This document shows, one piece after another, positions 47,057 to 56,586 of a stretch of DNA of 64,000 nucleotides. The notes beneath the pieces are model-generated. The model did no database searches. It was not told where the DNA came from and saw only the letters and a program-made list of their open reading frames with translations. The translations under genes were made by a program, and so were the position numbers. This DNA comes from an uncultured virus (IMG/VR IMGVR_UViG_3300007274_000042). Taxonomy: Duplodnaviria; Heunggongvirae; Uroviricota; Caudoviricetes. The stretch is from IMG/VR virus record IMGVR_UViG_3300007274_000042. One strand, given 5' to 3'. Numbering within the stretch: the stretch's first letter is position 1; each line of letters opens with the position of its first letter.

Positions 47057-48000
47057 AAAGAGTAGGTCTTAATAAATCCGTTCTGCGTCTGAATATCCCG
47101 GTCGGGATGCGCAGGACGTTCCCAGTACCGAGTCCAATGCGCAGCTGCATCGTTAGGTGTATTGAACGTAGTGGTCAAGTAGTTGTTGCCTGATTCACCT
47201 GGCTCATTAAGTGCATAGTCAATTTGCCCTTGCCAGTTGGTCTGCCAATCAGGTACAGCTTTCTGCATTGCTGTTAAGCGACCTTTGTGCCATTGGAACA
47301 GACCATTAGAGAATCCACCATCACCTGGGTTGTTCAGTTTGAAAGAACTCTCACGTTGAGCGTTGGCGATCAGGCCAACAGCTTTGTTGTGTGAAACGCC
47401 CTTAGTCTTAGTCAGATAGGTGTACATCTCCTGTGGCTTCACATATCCACCACCAGTCGGAACATCAGGGGCACCAGACATCTGACTTACAGATGAAGGC
47501 TGAGTACCGCCAGGATCTTCAAAATTAATCTCCTCTCGCATCGGAGGCTTCTCAATTTCAGGTGGCTTCACACCAGGCTTACTGAGTAGTGCCTCAGTAC
47601 GAGTCATCCGTTCCTCCCAACGCTGTTGCCACTTATCTTCACGAACCTTAGCTTCGTCGTTGAACTTCTTAAGAACAAATCCTCCAGCAATAGTACCTGC
47701 TGCGCCAACAATACCAGCCATACGTTTAGCCGGTTTTTTGATATCAACTAGATCTTTCTTGAGTTCCGCATCCTGAGCATAGATGTTCTGTTTGGCCATC
47801 TCATTGAGGCCAGTCTTATGGATCGATGCCTCTGCTGCAATAGCAGCCCTACGCTCTCTAGACCTACCCTTAATGGCCTCATTAGCAATCGCCGTATAGT
47901 CAGGCGATGATTCCATATTGACAGCGTTGAGCGTCTGGTTCTGTTTATTGATCTGTTGACCTACAGAACCATAGTTACCGCCACGGACATTCCCAAACAT
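47050..48000 (-). CDS. Virion-associated peptidoglycan hydrolase (phage tail lysozyme domain)
   Basis: AVGLIANAQRESSF, GLFQWHKGR, QIDYALNE, YWERP; probable start at MFGNV. Confidence 0.8.
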   Translation of the reverse strand: MFGNVRGGNYGSVGQQINKQNQTLNAVNMESSPDYTAIANEAIKGRSRERRAAIAAEASIHKTGLNEMAKQNIYAQDAELKKDLVDIKKPAKRMAGIVGAAGTIAGGFVLKKFNDEAKVREDKWQQRWEERMTRTEALLSKPGVKPPEIEKPPMREEINFEDPGGTQPSSVSQMSGAPDVPTGGGYVKPQEMYTYLTKTKGVSHNKAVGLIANAQRESSFKLNNPGDGGFSNGLFQWHKGRLTAMQKAVPDWQTNWQGQIDYALNEPGESGNNYLTTTFNTPNDAAAHWTRYWERPAHPDRDIQTQNGFIKTYSFQ

Positions 48001-48065
48001 TTCAGTCTCGCTTTTTCTTCTATTGTAGTTGGGATACAATATAGAAAGTTTAATGCGCGTAGAAG

Positions 48066-48929
48066 ATGTACCGTACACATGACTTTAAAGATGCCAATAA
48101 TAATGGCGTCGATGATAGGGATGAAAAGACTGATCGGAATAACCGGTATATCAAGGGACAGGATCCCTCGTCTAATCCGCAGAACCAGACAGATACGACT
48201 GGGAGTAATAATCTGGGTCAGATGTATATGGGACAGGAATGGGGCAATAGCTTGATGACTGACCTGTTCTCTAATGGTGGATCAGAAGATGATGACGGAC
48301 GCCGCGCTATGCGTGATGCGTTTCAGTTTGATGTAGGAAGTAAGTTCTTTAATACCCAACTGGGTATGGCTCAGTCTGAGCACAACCTGGCTCAGAACAA
48401 AGAAGGTATGGCGTTTGCCAACTATCTGGACCGGCAGACAATGCAAGAAAGCCGTAACCACATCTTTGGTCTGAACATGAAGACTATGGATAAGCAGTTC
48501 GCTTTGAACGATGAGTTTGCAAACCGTGACTTCAGCCGTAACCTTGGAATGCTCTCAGCAACCGGTGAGCAGACCCGTAAGAACTATGCAGCTGAAGGTC
48601 AGCAACAGCGACTAGGCACCATTGTTGCCGGTGAGCAGCAGCGTCTCGGCATCCAGGCAACTGGACACCAGACTCGGATGAACATTGCTCAGCAAGGTCA
48701 GCAGGATCGTCTGGGATACCGGGTCCAAGGTGATGAGCAACGTAAGAACATCTCCGCCACTGGAGTTGAGAACCGTAAGCAAGCAGTCACTGAAGGTGAG
48801 CAGAAGCGTCTGAACATCGGCAAGACAGCTGAAGAAGAGCGGACAACGATGAGTCACAGCGACAACATCTCCGCTGGACGTGAGAAGCGTCAGAGTGCAT
48901 CTGCCCGTGCTGCTGCGAGGGCCTTCTGA
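48066..48929 (+). CDS. Hendecad-repeat protein, pilot/ejection candidate
   Basis: About nine 11-aa repeats of the form xxG[EQ]QxRxxxx. Confidence 0.65.
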   Translation: MYRTHDFKDANNNGVDDRDEKTDRNNRYIKGQDPSSNPQNQTDTTGSNNLGQMYMGQEWGNSLMTDLFSNGGSEDDDGRRAMRDAFQFDVGSKFFNTQLGMAQSEHNLAQNKEGMAFANYLDRQTMQESRNHIFGLNMKTMDKQFALNDEFANRDFSRNLGMLSATGEQTRKNYAAEGQQQRLGTIVAGEQQRLGIQATGHQTRMNIAQQGQQDRLGYRVQGDEQRKNISATGVENRKQAVTEGEQKRLNIGKTAEEERTTMSHSDNISAGREKRQSASARAAARAF

Positions 48930-49459
48930 TGACAACCGCAACTGAGACAGGAAAGCTATATCTCTCCGTAGTAGATCAGTGGCTGGATAGCATCCCAGCT
49001 TCTGAGAGTGAGATGTTCAAAGAATTTGCTGAGGTCACTCCTTCAGCAGTAGAAATTTGGGTATATGCCGGGATTATGAATTACCCCGGTACATTCAATG
49101 ATCTTGCCCGTTGGGTCAAGATGAAATACAAGAAACTGGATAGCCGTGGAATCCTTAACAGTGAGATTAGTGCCCTACACTCTGACGTACAAGAGCTCAG
49201 AATGGCAATTACATCCGGTGAGATCAAAGGATCTGACGGTGCTGCCAGGCTGGCGTCCTTGGAAAAAGAGCTTCGTAGTCATATTGAAACATCCGAAAGG
49301 CTCAACAAAACTGTTGATAAACGCGGGCTTACTCTCGCTGGAGCTGACCGAGTCATGCGTGAACTCACAGCAATCTTTAAAGACGATCCGCAATTTGCTG
49401 AACCCATAGAGAACGCAATGAATGCTGTATGGGCCAAGATCTATAGCGAGATGAACTGA
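48929..49459 (+). CDS. Hypothetical protein, possible terminase small subunit
   Basis: Helical 176-aa ORF upstream of terL; positional inference only. Confidence 0.4.
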   Translation: MTTATETGKLYLSVVDQWLDSIPASESEMFKEFAEVTPSAVEIWVYAGIMNYPGTFNDLARWVKMKYKKLDSRGILNSEISALHSDVQELRMAITSGEIKGSDGAARLASLEKELRSHIETSERLNKTVDKRGLTLAGADRVMRELTAIFKDDPQFAEPIENAMNAVWAKIYSEMN

Positions 49460-49911
49460 TGGCTGGCGGATGGGGCTATTCGGTTCAAGCGCCTATGGAG
49501 ATTCCACAGGAACCTCCTCTTAGGTATCTCGATGACGATATGCCGGAGGTCCAGAGTCCTGGTGAACTCCCCCTGCCTGATGCACCAAACGTAGATACAT
49601 CGCGACTGCGTATCCTCAATAAGGCTATGCCCCGTAAGCCTGGTGGAGAGATCCAACAGCCTGGACGTATGGAAGATGCTGCTGAGTATGCAGCTGCTAT
49701 GGGCAATGCCTATGCCATCACTAAGTCGTACAACAAAGCTTACGCTCGTAGAGCTAAAGCAAAAGGTCGTGCTGCTGAGCGTATTAGTAAGACAGCTGGC
49801 AACACAGGATCTGGCTTGCCTAGAAGTAGTAGGAACAAGGCAATAGAAAGGAATTCAATGCAGCAAGCTGCGAAAGCATACGGATATAACCCTTGGTACG
49901 CCATGTACTAG
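49459..49911 (+). CDS. Hypothetical protein
   Basis: Coupled ORF. Confidence 0.6.
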   Translation: MAGGWGYSVQAPMEIPQEPPLRYLDDDMPEVQSPGELPLPDAPNVDTSRLRILNKAMPRKPGGEIQQPGRMEDAAEYAAAMGNAYAITKSYNKAYARRAKAKGRAAERISKTAGNTGSGLPRSSRNKAIERNSMQQAAKAYGYNPWYAMY

Positions 49912-49938
49912 TTAGACTAGGGGGAAAGAGTACCCCAT

Positions 49939-51477
49939 ATGGCTAACACTAGTATTGCAGCAGCGTATAGGCGAAGCGCTCTAATGACGGCTACGAAAGT
50001 AACCACCAAAGCGCCTAGTGAAGAAGTACTTAGAGCAAGAGATGACTTCAAAGACTTCTGCGTCTTTATGGGTAAAGCACCAGCACATCACATGCTGGAG
50101 TGGCACACACAGTTATGTACAGGAGAAGATAGTGAATGTCTATTAGGAATCGGCGGACCAAACACATCGATCCTCGCACCACGGGGATCTGCGAAAAGCA
50201 CTGTCCTTGGTTTGTTCGCTGCTTGGATGATCGGGAGACATGCAGCTGCCAAGCAAATGCTGCGCATTCTGTATATCGCTTACATGGTGGACATTAGTCG
50301 AGCTAAGTCTGCAACGATTAAAGGCATCCTTCAAAGCAACAAATACAGAGAAGTCTTTCCTATGGTGAGACTATCGAAGATAAAACGATCAGACGAATAC
50401 TGGAGTATTGACTATGAATTTGCGGGGATTGATACAGCAGGTGAAGAAGCTTTTACCATTGCATGTGGTGGTCTCAAAGGCGCTATTACCTCAAAGCGAT
50501 CTCAGCTCGTTCTTATCGATGACCCTATCAAATCCGCTGCGTCAATCAACAATCCCGATATTCGCCGTGAAATGGAACAAACGTGGAGTAATGTTATTGC
50601 GCCCACTATGTTCCAAGGTGCACGCGCCATTTGCCTGGGCACCCGTTTTCACTTTGACGATGTACACGCAACGCTATTTGTCCCAAAGAACAACTGGAGA
50701 CAGATTGTCCAGCAAGCAGTCATAACCGACAACGACGGTAAGCAGCGTTCGTATTGGCCTGAGTTCTGGTCGATGAAGTACCTAAACGAACGCAAGATGG
50801 AGGACCGTATTGCGTTTGCCTACCAGTACTTGAACACAGCTGTGAAGTCCACAGACGTGGGCATCTCACCTGAGCTCATCATTAAAGGCCCTGTCCCAGA
50901 AGACTACGACTGTATTGGTGTAGGCATGGACTTGTCTGCCGGTCTACGTGAGAAGAATGACTGGACGGTGATGACGCTTGGAGGCATCAAAGACGACAAG
51001 GTCTACCTGATTGATCAACGACGGCATCGAACGATGGGTAACATCGAGAAGATGGATCTGCTGTGCGAGATGCTGGCAGATTGGAATATCCTTGCGGAGA
51101 ATGATGATGGTCAATACTTCCCTACATATTCGACTTGCATCATATGGCCAGAAGCTGTGGCTTATCAGAACTCTTTTGAAGGGGACTTCAAACGAATCAT
51201 GTTGGAAGAACGAGCGCTATATAATCTCTCGGTTAGCCCAGTCAAAGGATTTAAAGGAGACAAGCTAGCAAGACTGCGTGGTGTTTTAGGTCTGTATGAG
51301 AATGGAAAGGTGGTATGGAATAAGTGGAGAAAGTGGGATCAGCTAGAAGAAGAGCTGCTTAATTTTGGCCAAACAGCTCATGATGATACTGTTGATGCGA
51401 TGGTATTAACGATCGGAGGATTACTGCGCAGAGGTAAACTCCAAATGGAATATAATGAGAACAGTTTTGTTATGTAG
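49939..51477 (+). CDS. terL: Terminase large subunit
   Basis: APRGSAKST, LVLIDDP, GTRFH, nuclease GMDLS and HDDTVDA. Confidence 0.92.
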   Translation: MANTSIAAAYRRSALMTATKVTTKAPSEEVLRARDDFKDFCVFMGKAPAHHMLEWHTQLCTGEDSECLLGIGGPNTSILAPRGSAKSTVLGLFAAWMIGRHAAAKQMLRILYIAYMVDISRAKSATIKGILQSNKYREVFPMVRLSKIKRSDEYWSIDYEFAGIDTAGEEAFTIACGGLKGAITSKRSQLVLIDDPIKSAASINNPDIRREMEQTWSNVIAPTMFQGARAICLGTRFHFDDVHATLFVPKNNWRQIVQQAVITDNDGKQRSYWPEFWSMKYLNERKMEDRIAFAYQYLNTAVKSTDVGISPELIIKGPVPEDYDCIGVGMDLSAGLREKNDWTVMTLGGIKDDKVYLIDQRRHRTMGNIEKMDLLCEMLADWNILAENDDGQYFPTYSTCIIWPEAVAYQNSFEGDFKRIMLEERALYNLSVSPVKGFKGDKLARLRGVLGLYENGKVVWNKWRKWDQLEEELLNFGQTAHDDTVDAMVLTIGGLLRRGKLQMEYNENSFVM

Positions 51478-51484
51478 ATAGCCA

Positions 51485-52429
51485 ATGTCTGAGACACGTA
51501 TGGCTGGCGATGCGCTGAATGGTAAGCGTAAGTCACAACTTCAACAACGTCTAGGTGATGAAGAGTTTGATCGCATTGGTGCTCAAGGACACGATGCCCC
51601 AGATGATGGTGGTAAATATAACGCTGCTGAAGTAAAAGCTGAACTGCGTAGCGGTCAGTACGGAGATACAGTTGATGAGCGTGTTGATCATTTCCGTCAG
51701 CTTCAGGAAGATGGCACAAAGTTCAATAAGCGTGCTCAGAACTTCTTGTCCAGTAAGTATGGATTTGAGTTTGGTAAGAAAGAATCTCCTGTTGAAGAGC
51801 CTGTAGATGAGACTCCCTCACCTACCCCCACACCTGCTCCGACAGGCACTACCCCCGCTCCAATTACTGGTGGACCTGGCAACACACAAGGTGTTAACCA
51901 AGATAATGATGTAACCATCAACGGTGATGGAAACCAAGTGAATCAAGATAATTCAGTTACTCAGACAATCGACAACTCTGTGAACTACGGAGACGACATC
52001 CGTAACTTCTCATATAACGGAAGCAAAGGTGCCGGTGATGGTGCCAACTACGACACTCCTGCCTCTATGGCCACTATGGGTGGTTTCTATGACGTGAATG
52101 ATAGTGCCGGTGCTACGCAGCAGTTCCTTGGTAAGTACATCCACGGAAACAACCTTGCTCAGAAGGGAATGCGCGATAGCTACGACGCACGTACCGATAC
52201 CGACTACAAGACTCAGGCTGACTCTGTGAACCAGTTCAACCCACAGGCAATGCAAGAGCGCATTGACCGTGAGCCTCTGATCAACCGCAGCCGCTCTACT
52301 GTTGACTTCGCCAAGCTGTTCGGTGATGTTGATAACTGGCAGACACCTTGGACACCTACTACTGCTCCTAAACCAATTGAGAGCAATGTTGGTGACATCG
52401 CAGAAGAGTATAAGGACGACCTAGACTGA
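51485..52429 (+). CDS. Hypothetical virion protein with RMAG motif
   Basis: P/T linker followed by N/Q/D-rich repeats. Confidence 0.65.
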   Translation: MSETRMAGDALNGKRKSQLQQRLGDEEFDRIGAQGHDAPDDGGKYNAAEVKAELRSGQYGDTVDERVDHFRQLQEDGTKFNKRAQNFLSSKYGFEFGKKESPVEEPVDETPSPTPTPAPTGTTPAPITGGPGNTQGVNQDNDVTINGDGNQVNQDNSVTQTIDNSVNYGDDIRNFSYNGSKGAGDGANYDTPASMATMGGFYDVNDSAGATQQFLGKYIHGNNLAQKGMRDSYDARTDTDYKTQADSVNQFNPQAMQERIDREPLINRSRSTVDFAKLFGDVDNWQTPWTPTTAPKPIESNVGDIAEEYKDDLD

Positions 52430-52457
52430 TAGACTAGTAGAAAAGTAGTAATAACAA

Positions 52458-54671
52458 ATGGATAACAGTGCTGTAAAGACTCAGTTTAAACAGATCCTCA
52501 CCGCTGCTAAAGAGCGACGTGGGGATCTTTCTGTAGACACAATGATTGTGTCTAGCCACTTGGCACAGATGCGCACCTTCATGTTGCGTCGTGGCGTTGA
52601 GTTCTTTGCAGAGCAAGATAGCTTCGGTACACGGAAAGACTTTGTTGCCCGTGTTGTAGAAGACAACATGCTTGAGATGAAGATGGAGTCCATAGTGGAC
52701 CATTTCCTCTGTGACGGCAACGGTCTGTTCTACTTCCGACCAGCAGGTGAGTCATATCAAATCCTTTATTTCCCAGCAGAAAGTTACCGTGCTTATCGTG
52801 ATCAAGGCGGTGAACTTGAAAGTGTAGTTCTTGTCTACTCCTTCAATGTGCGTGCTGCTAATGCTATTGATAACTATGCACCTATTGATGCACGTGGTGG
52901 TAAGAAGAAGTGGATTCAGCTGAAGGTATACAAAGATCGTATTGAGCAGACCGTCTCTGATGAGCGAATCGAGTTCGATAACGACATGGGTACTAAGCCC
53001 TTCCAAATGCCGGGTCAAACCGAAACACTGACGAACAGCCTCGGGTACATCCCTGCGGTCGAAGTGTTTAACCATATGGACTGCACCGGAGAAGCCACAG
53101 GCAACGGTGAGTTCGATTGGTTGGCACACCAGATTCTGTACCACGATGAGTTGGTGCGGAACATCCGTAAGAACATGAAGTTCTTCGGGAACCCCACACT
53201 GGTCAGCAGTCGCCCCAAACACGACATTCTGGACAGTGGGGAGGATCAATCGTTCCGACCAACAATTAGTAGTCAGGCTGGATTCGCAGCACTTGGTGCT
53301 AGGCCCAGTACAAGGGTCTCACAACCGTTCGGCCAAGGCTCACTAGATGGATCGATCAAGGTGCCTCGGGTTATCGCAAACCTGGAGCCAACTGATCGTG
53401 TCCAGTACATGACACCTGACTCGGTATCTGGAGACCAGAACTTATATGTCAAACAGTATCGTTCTGAAATTCGTCTGGCTCTCGGTGGTGTTGACGACAT
53501 TGAAATTAACACTGCTTCTACGGCTTATGAGATTAAGTCGCTCTACGGTCGCGTTGCTGCCACCGCAGAGAAAAAAGCTCGATCGCTCTTTACATACGGA
53601 TTGTGCAAGCTATTTGGAATGATGATCTTCACCGAAGAGAAAAACTTCAAAGAAAGCTTTGCTATCGCTGAGAATATTAAAGAGCCAGTCATTCCTCTGC
53701 CTGAAGAGTTTGAGGATGAGAAAGAGTATGCAACAGCTATCGAGAAATACGAAAACAGCTACAAGCGTTTTATCAATAAACGTGATAAATCTATCCGTGA
53801 TAAACTTGATAAAGGTGAAATGCCTGAAGGCGTCACGGGTCTTGTACCTGACGGCTCAACGAAAGTTAGCTGGCGTTGGATGGGCGAAGTCTTTGAAGAT
53901 AGTACCGACGACATTTTGAATAACTCAATTGTTGTCCGTAACCTTCAAGAGCTTGGTGTTGATTCTATCGAAGCACTCAAGTACCTCTTCCCTGGAAAAA
54001 CCGATGAGGAACGTGCCGCCATGCTTAGTGGCTACCCCTTCCGAATGGTCCAGCAAACGCAACAAAGCATTAACAGCTTTATCAGTCTTTTAGGTCAGCT
54101 ATATCAGCTGCCACACCCACAGATGCCAGACATGCCTCTTGCATCTGACCCGAATCTTGATCTAACAGGATTCTTATATAGATCACTCGAATTTTTACGT
54201 AAGGAGTTAAGTTACAGTGGAAGTTACAAGCCAACCAGTATCTCAGGCAGCCCCGACGAGCTCAGCGCCGCAGACCGCGTACGCGCCGACCGTGGCCAGC
54301 CAACCCGTGATGAACGCCCCGCAACCCTCCCAGGTATCGGCGGCCCCACAACAAACCCAACAAATTCCGGCCTACCAGGCACCGGCCCAGGCCTCGCAGC
54401 CTTCGGCTCAGGGCAATCCATGGCAGCAGGCGTTTCAGGCTCTGAGCGCCAGCCTGAATTCAGGCAGCCCCTCCCAGGCCCAGGCGACACCGTCGGCCTA
54501 CCAAACGACGCCAACGTATCAACAGGCAACTACGCAGCAGAACTGGGGTTCAATGGCACCCCAGGCAGCCCCGACCTATCAGCCCCAAGTTTCAACCCAG
54601 AGCTACTCGGAATCCGAGGTCGCCAATCTGGTTCAACAGGCAGCCGCACAAGGTCAGGCAAACGCAAGTGA
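52458..54671 (+). CDS. Portal protein
   Basis: Size and position after terL; HFLCDGNGLFY, LTNSLGYIPAVEV, FFGNP, EALKYLFP. Confidence 0.75.
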   Translation: MDNSAVKTQFKQILTAAKERRGDLSVDTMIVSSHLAQMRTFMLRRGVEFFAEQDSFGTRKDFVARVVEDNMLEMKMESIVDHFLCDGNGLFYFRPAGESYQILYFPAESYRAYRDQGGELESVVLVYSFNVRAANAIDNYAPIDARGGKKKWIQLKVYKDRIEQTVSDERIEFDNDMGTKPFQMPGQTETLTNSLGYIPAVEVFNHMDCTGEATGNGEFDWLAHQILYHDELVRNIRKNMKFFGNPTLVSSRPKHDILDSGEDQSFRPTISSQAGFAALGARPSTRVSQPFGQGSLDGSIKVPRVIANLEPTDRVQYMTPDSVSGDQNLYVKQYRSEIRLALGGVDDIEINTASTAYEIKSLYGRVAATAEKKARSLFTYGLCKLFGMMIFTEEKNFKESFAIAENIKEPVIPLPEEFEDEKEYATAIEKYENSYKRFINKRDKSIRDKLDKGEMPEGVTGLVPDGSTKVSWRWMGEVFEDSTDDILNNSIVVRNLQELGVDSIEALKYLFPGKTDEERAAMLSGYPFRMVQQTQQSINSFISLLGQLYQLPHPQMPDMPLASDPNLDLTGFLYRSLEFLRKELSYSGSYKPTSISGSPDELSAADRVRADRGQPTRDERPATLPGIGGPTTNPTNSGLPGTGPGLAAFGSGQSMAAGVSGSERQPEFRQPLPGPGDTVGLPNDANVSTGNYAAELGFNGTPGSPDLSAPSFNPELLGIRGRQSGSTGSRTRSGKRK

Positions 54672-55203
54672 TTCCTATCTGAACGGAATCTCTGACCAGT
54701 CCCTGGAAGTTCTTGAGCACTTTGGTGCTGAAGCTCCCGCTCTGCTTAACCAGTACGCCTGTGCCGTTGAAGACGCTCTGATTGAGCAAGTCCAACGTGG
54801 CAACAGCATGAACACCATGCTTGAAGCTGCTGGTGAAGAGCACGCTGCTACCAACCTGATCCTCACTAACCCTGACGTTCTGGCTGATTATGTCAACGAG
54901 TTCTTTGGTCCCCAAGGTCCGTATCCGACTGAGACGCCCGACGAAACCGTTGTTCGGCAACAAGCCGAAGCGCGTGCCGCCTTCGAACAGGAAATCCTGG
55001 CTCAAGAACAGAATGCTGTCCCCCGCCAGTTCCAGCGTCCCGAAATGGATATGCCGACCCCTGGCCGTCAAGCCAACGTGTCCGGCGACTTCTGGGGCAA
55101 CTTCAGCGAGATGATGGATTCCTCTCCTGAGAACGCTTGGAAGTTCCTCTCTCAGGCTCCTCAAGGTGCCTTGCAAGCTAAGGCCCTCGTCCAGGACCTT
55201 TGA
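54217..55203 (+). CDS. Probable head scaffolding protein
   Basis: GTG start with AAGGAG upstream; Q/A/P-rich then acidic helical region; lies between portal and capsid. Confidence 0.6.
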   Translation: MEVTSQPVSQAAPTSSAPQTAYAPTVASQPVMNAPQPSQVSAAPQQTQQIPAYQAPAQASQPSAQGNPWQQAFQALSASLNSGSPSQAQATPSAYQTTPTYQQATTQQNWGSMAPQAAPTYQPQVSTQSYSESEVANLVQQAAAQGQANASDSYLNGISDQSLEVLEHFGAEAPALLNQYACAVEDALIEQVQRGNSMNTMLEAAGEEHAATNLILTNPDVLADYVNEFFGPQGPYPTETPDETVVRQQAEARAAFEQEILAQEQNAVPRQFQRPEMDMPTPGRQANVSGDFWGNFSEMMDSSPENAWKFLSQAPQGALQAKALVQDL

Positions 55204-55261
55204 TAAGAAACGGGGGTCCAAATGGATCCCCTAAAATGTAATTAATGTAATCGTTAAAAAG

Positions 55262-55744
55262 ATGGCTCAACCACTTCAACCATACGGAACTAACCCTGCT
55301 GCTGAAGAAACTCTGCGCATCTCTGAAGCACAGCGTCAACAGCCTGGAATGGGTCGGACTGCCGCTCCGGTTGGGCCGAACCTTCAAGACGGAGGTGCTA
55401 TGTCTAAGCCCTCTGTTAACTCACAGCCTTACAACAACGCACGGCTGATGGGACAGAACCAGCAGCAGAACATGGAAACTGCTGTACCTGGAGCACAAGC
55501 AAATGCAATTGGACAAGTTCGTAAGCAAAATGCTGAACTTTCTAACGCTGAGCACAAAGCAATTGAACAGAAAAACAGGACCGTCGCAGAGATCCTCTAC
55601 GCCAACGATGGTGGCGCTGCTACGTTCCAACTCGGCATCCCTGAAGTCGCACAGCAAGTGGGTCAACACGTGGCTGAGCAGAAGCTGATGGCTCACGGAA
55701 TTAACCCTCAAACGCCCTTCACTTCTAACCGACTGCCTGTCTGA
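55262..55744 (+). CDS. Hypothetical protein
   Basis: 160 aa; TAAAAT box upstream. Confidence 0.6.
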   Translation: MAQPLQPYGTNPAAEETLRISEAQRQQPGMGRTAAPVGPNLQDGGAMSKPSVNSQPYNNARLMGQNQQQNMETAVPGAQANAIGQVRKQNAELSNAEHKAIEQKNRTVAEILYANDGGAATFQLGIPEVAQQVGQHVAEQKLMAHGINPQTPFTSNRLPV

Positions 55745-55781
55745 ATTAACTACAATTAGTAGTAGTTGATATAAAGATACC

Positions 55782-56108
55782 GTGCGTTTAGCAGGACAAG
55801 CTACTCAACAAGATCCGGAGATGTTCCAAACTATTTGGAAACATCTTAAGTCAGATGGTGTGCCTGATCAGGCTGCCAATCAGATGACGGCAGAGATGAT
55901 GACACACGGAGAAGACTTCGAGTCTTCTGTCGAGAAGTATCAGCAATACGAAGATAACTACAAGTCCAAAGGTTTTAACGAGCACGCTGCTCAAGCAATG
56001 GCTGTTGAAGCTTTGGAAGGTAGGGAAGAAGCACCAAAGAAAAGTTTACGATTTGCGAGGTTGAATAATGGCGAACAAGAAGATCAAGGAGTTGGTATCG
56101 GGTTATGA
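55782..56108 (+). CDS. Hypothetical protein with RLAG motif and internal repeat
   Basis: KSDGV..QAANQM and KSKGF..HAAQAM repeat. Confidence 0.6.
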   Translation: MRLAGQATQQDPEMFQTIWKHLKSDGVPDQAANQMTAEMMTHGEDFESSVEKYQQYEDNYKSKGFNEHAAQAMAVEALEGREEAPKKSLRFARLNNGEQEDQGVGIGL

Positions 56109-56517
56109 AGGCTGGGGTCCAGATTTTTATGACGACGGGATAATCACATACAAAGCTCCAAGACGAAGTGACTTCCATAAAGCATTTAGGAAGTTGGAAA
56201 GAACACTTGGTATTGATACCAAGATGGTTCGGAAGAGAAGTGAAGCCGACATTGTTTGTTTGTGGGGAGACACTGGTAACTACGCAGGCTGGTGCACGTA
56301 TGAACAGACCAAGCGTGGACGTAAGTATTCGACAGTTGTTGTTGAAGATGGTAACTGGTACACGCAGTCAACAGTGGTACACGAGCTTGGACATGCCTTA
56401 GGTATGGCACACCCTAATGACCACAGCAGGGCTGACACAATCATGAGCTATGGAGCACCTGGAGACCTGCCTTGGTTCACAAGATTAGATCGTAAAGTTC
56501 TCGACTATTTGTATTAG
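56068..56517 (+). CDS. Metzincin (matrixin-like) metalloprotease
   Basis: HELGHALGMAHP with IMSY Met-turn. Confidence 0.8.
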   Translation: MANKKIKELVSGYEGWGPDFYDDGIITYKAPRRSDFHKAFRKLERTLGIDTKMVRKRSEADIVCLWGDTGNYAGWCTYEQTKRGRKYSTVVVEDGNWYTQSTVVHELGHALGMAHPNDHSRADTIMSYGAPGDLPWFTRLDRKVLDYLY

Positions 56518-56586
56518 ATAGTCCCCATAATCCTCTTGACAGAGGTAGAATTAAGGGCTATGATTAATATATAGAGACAGAACCAT

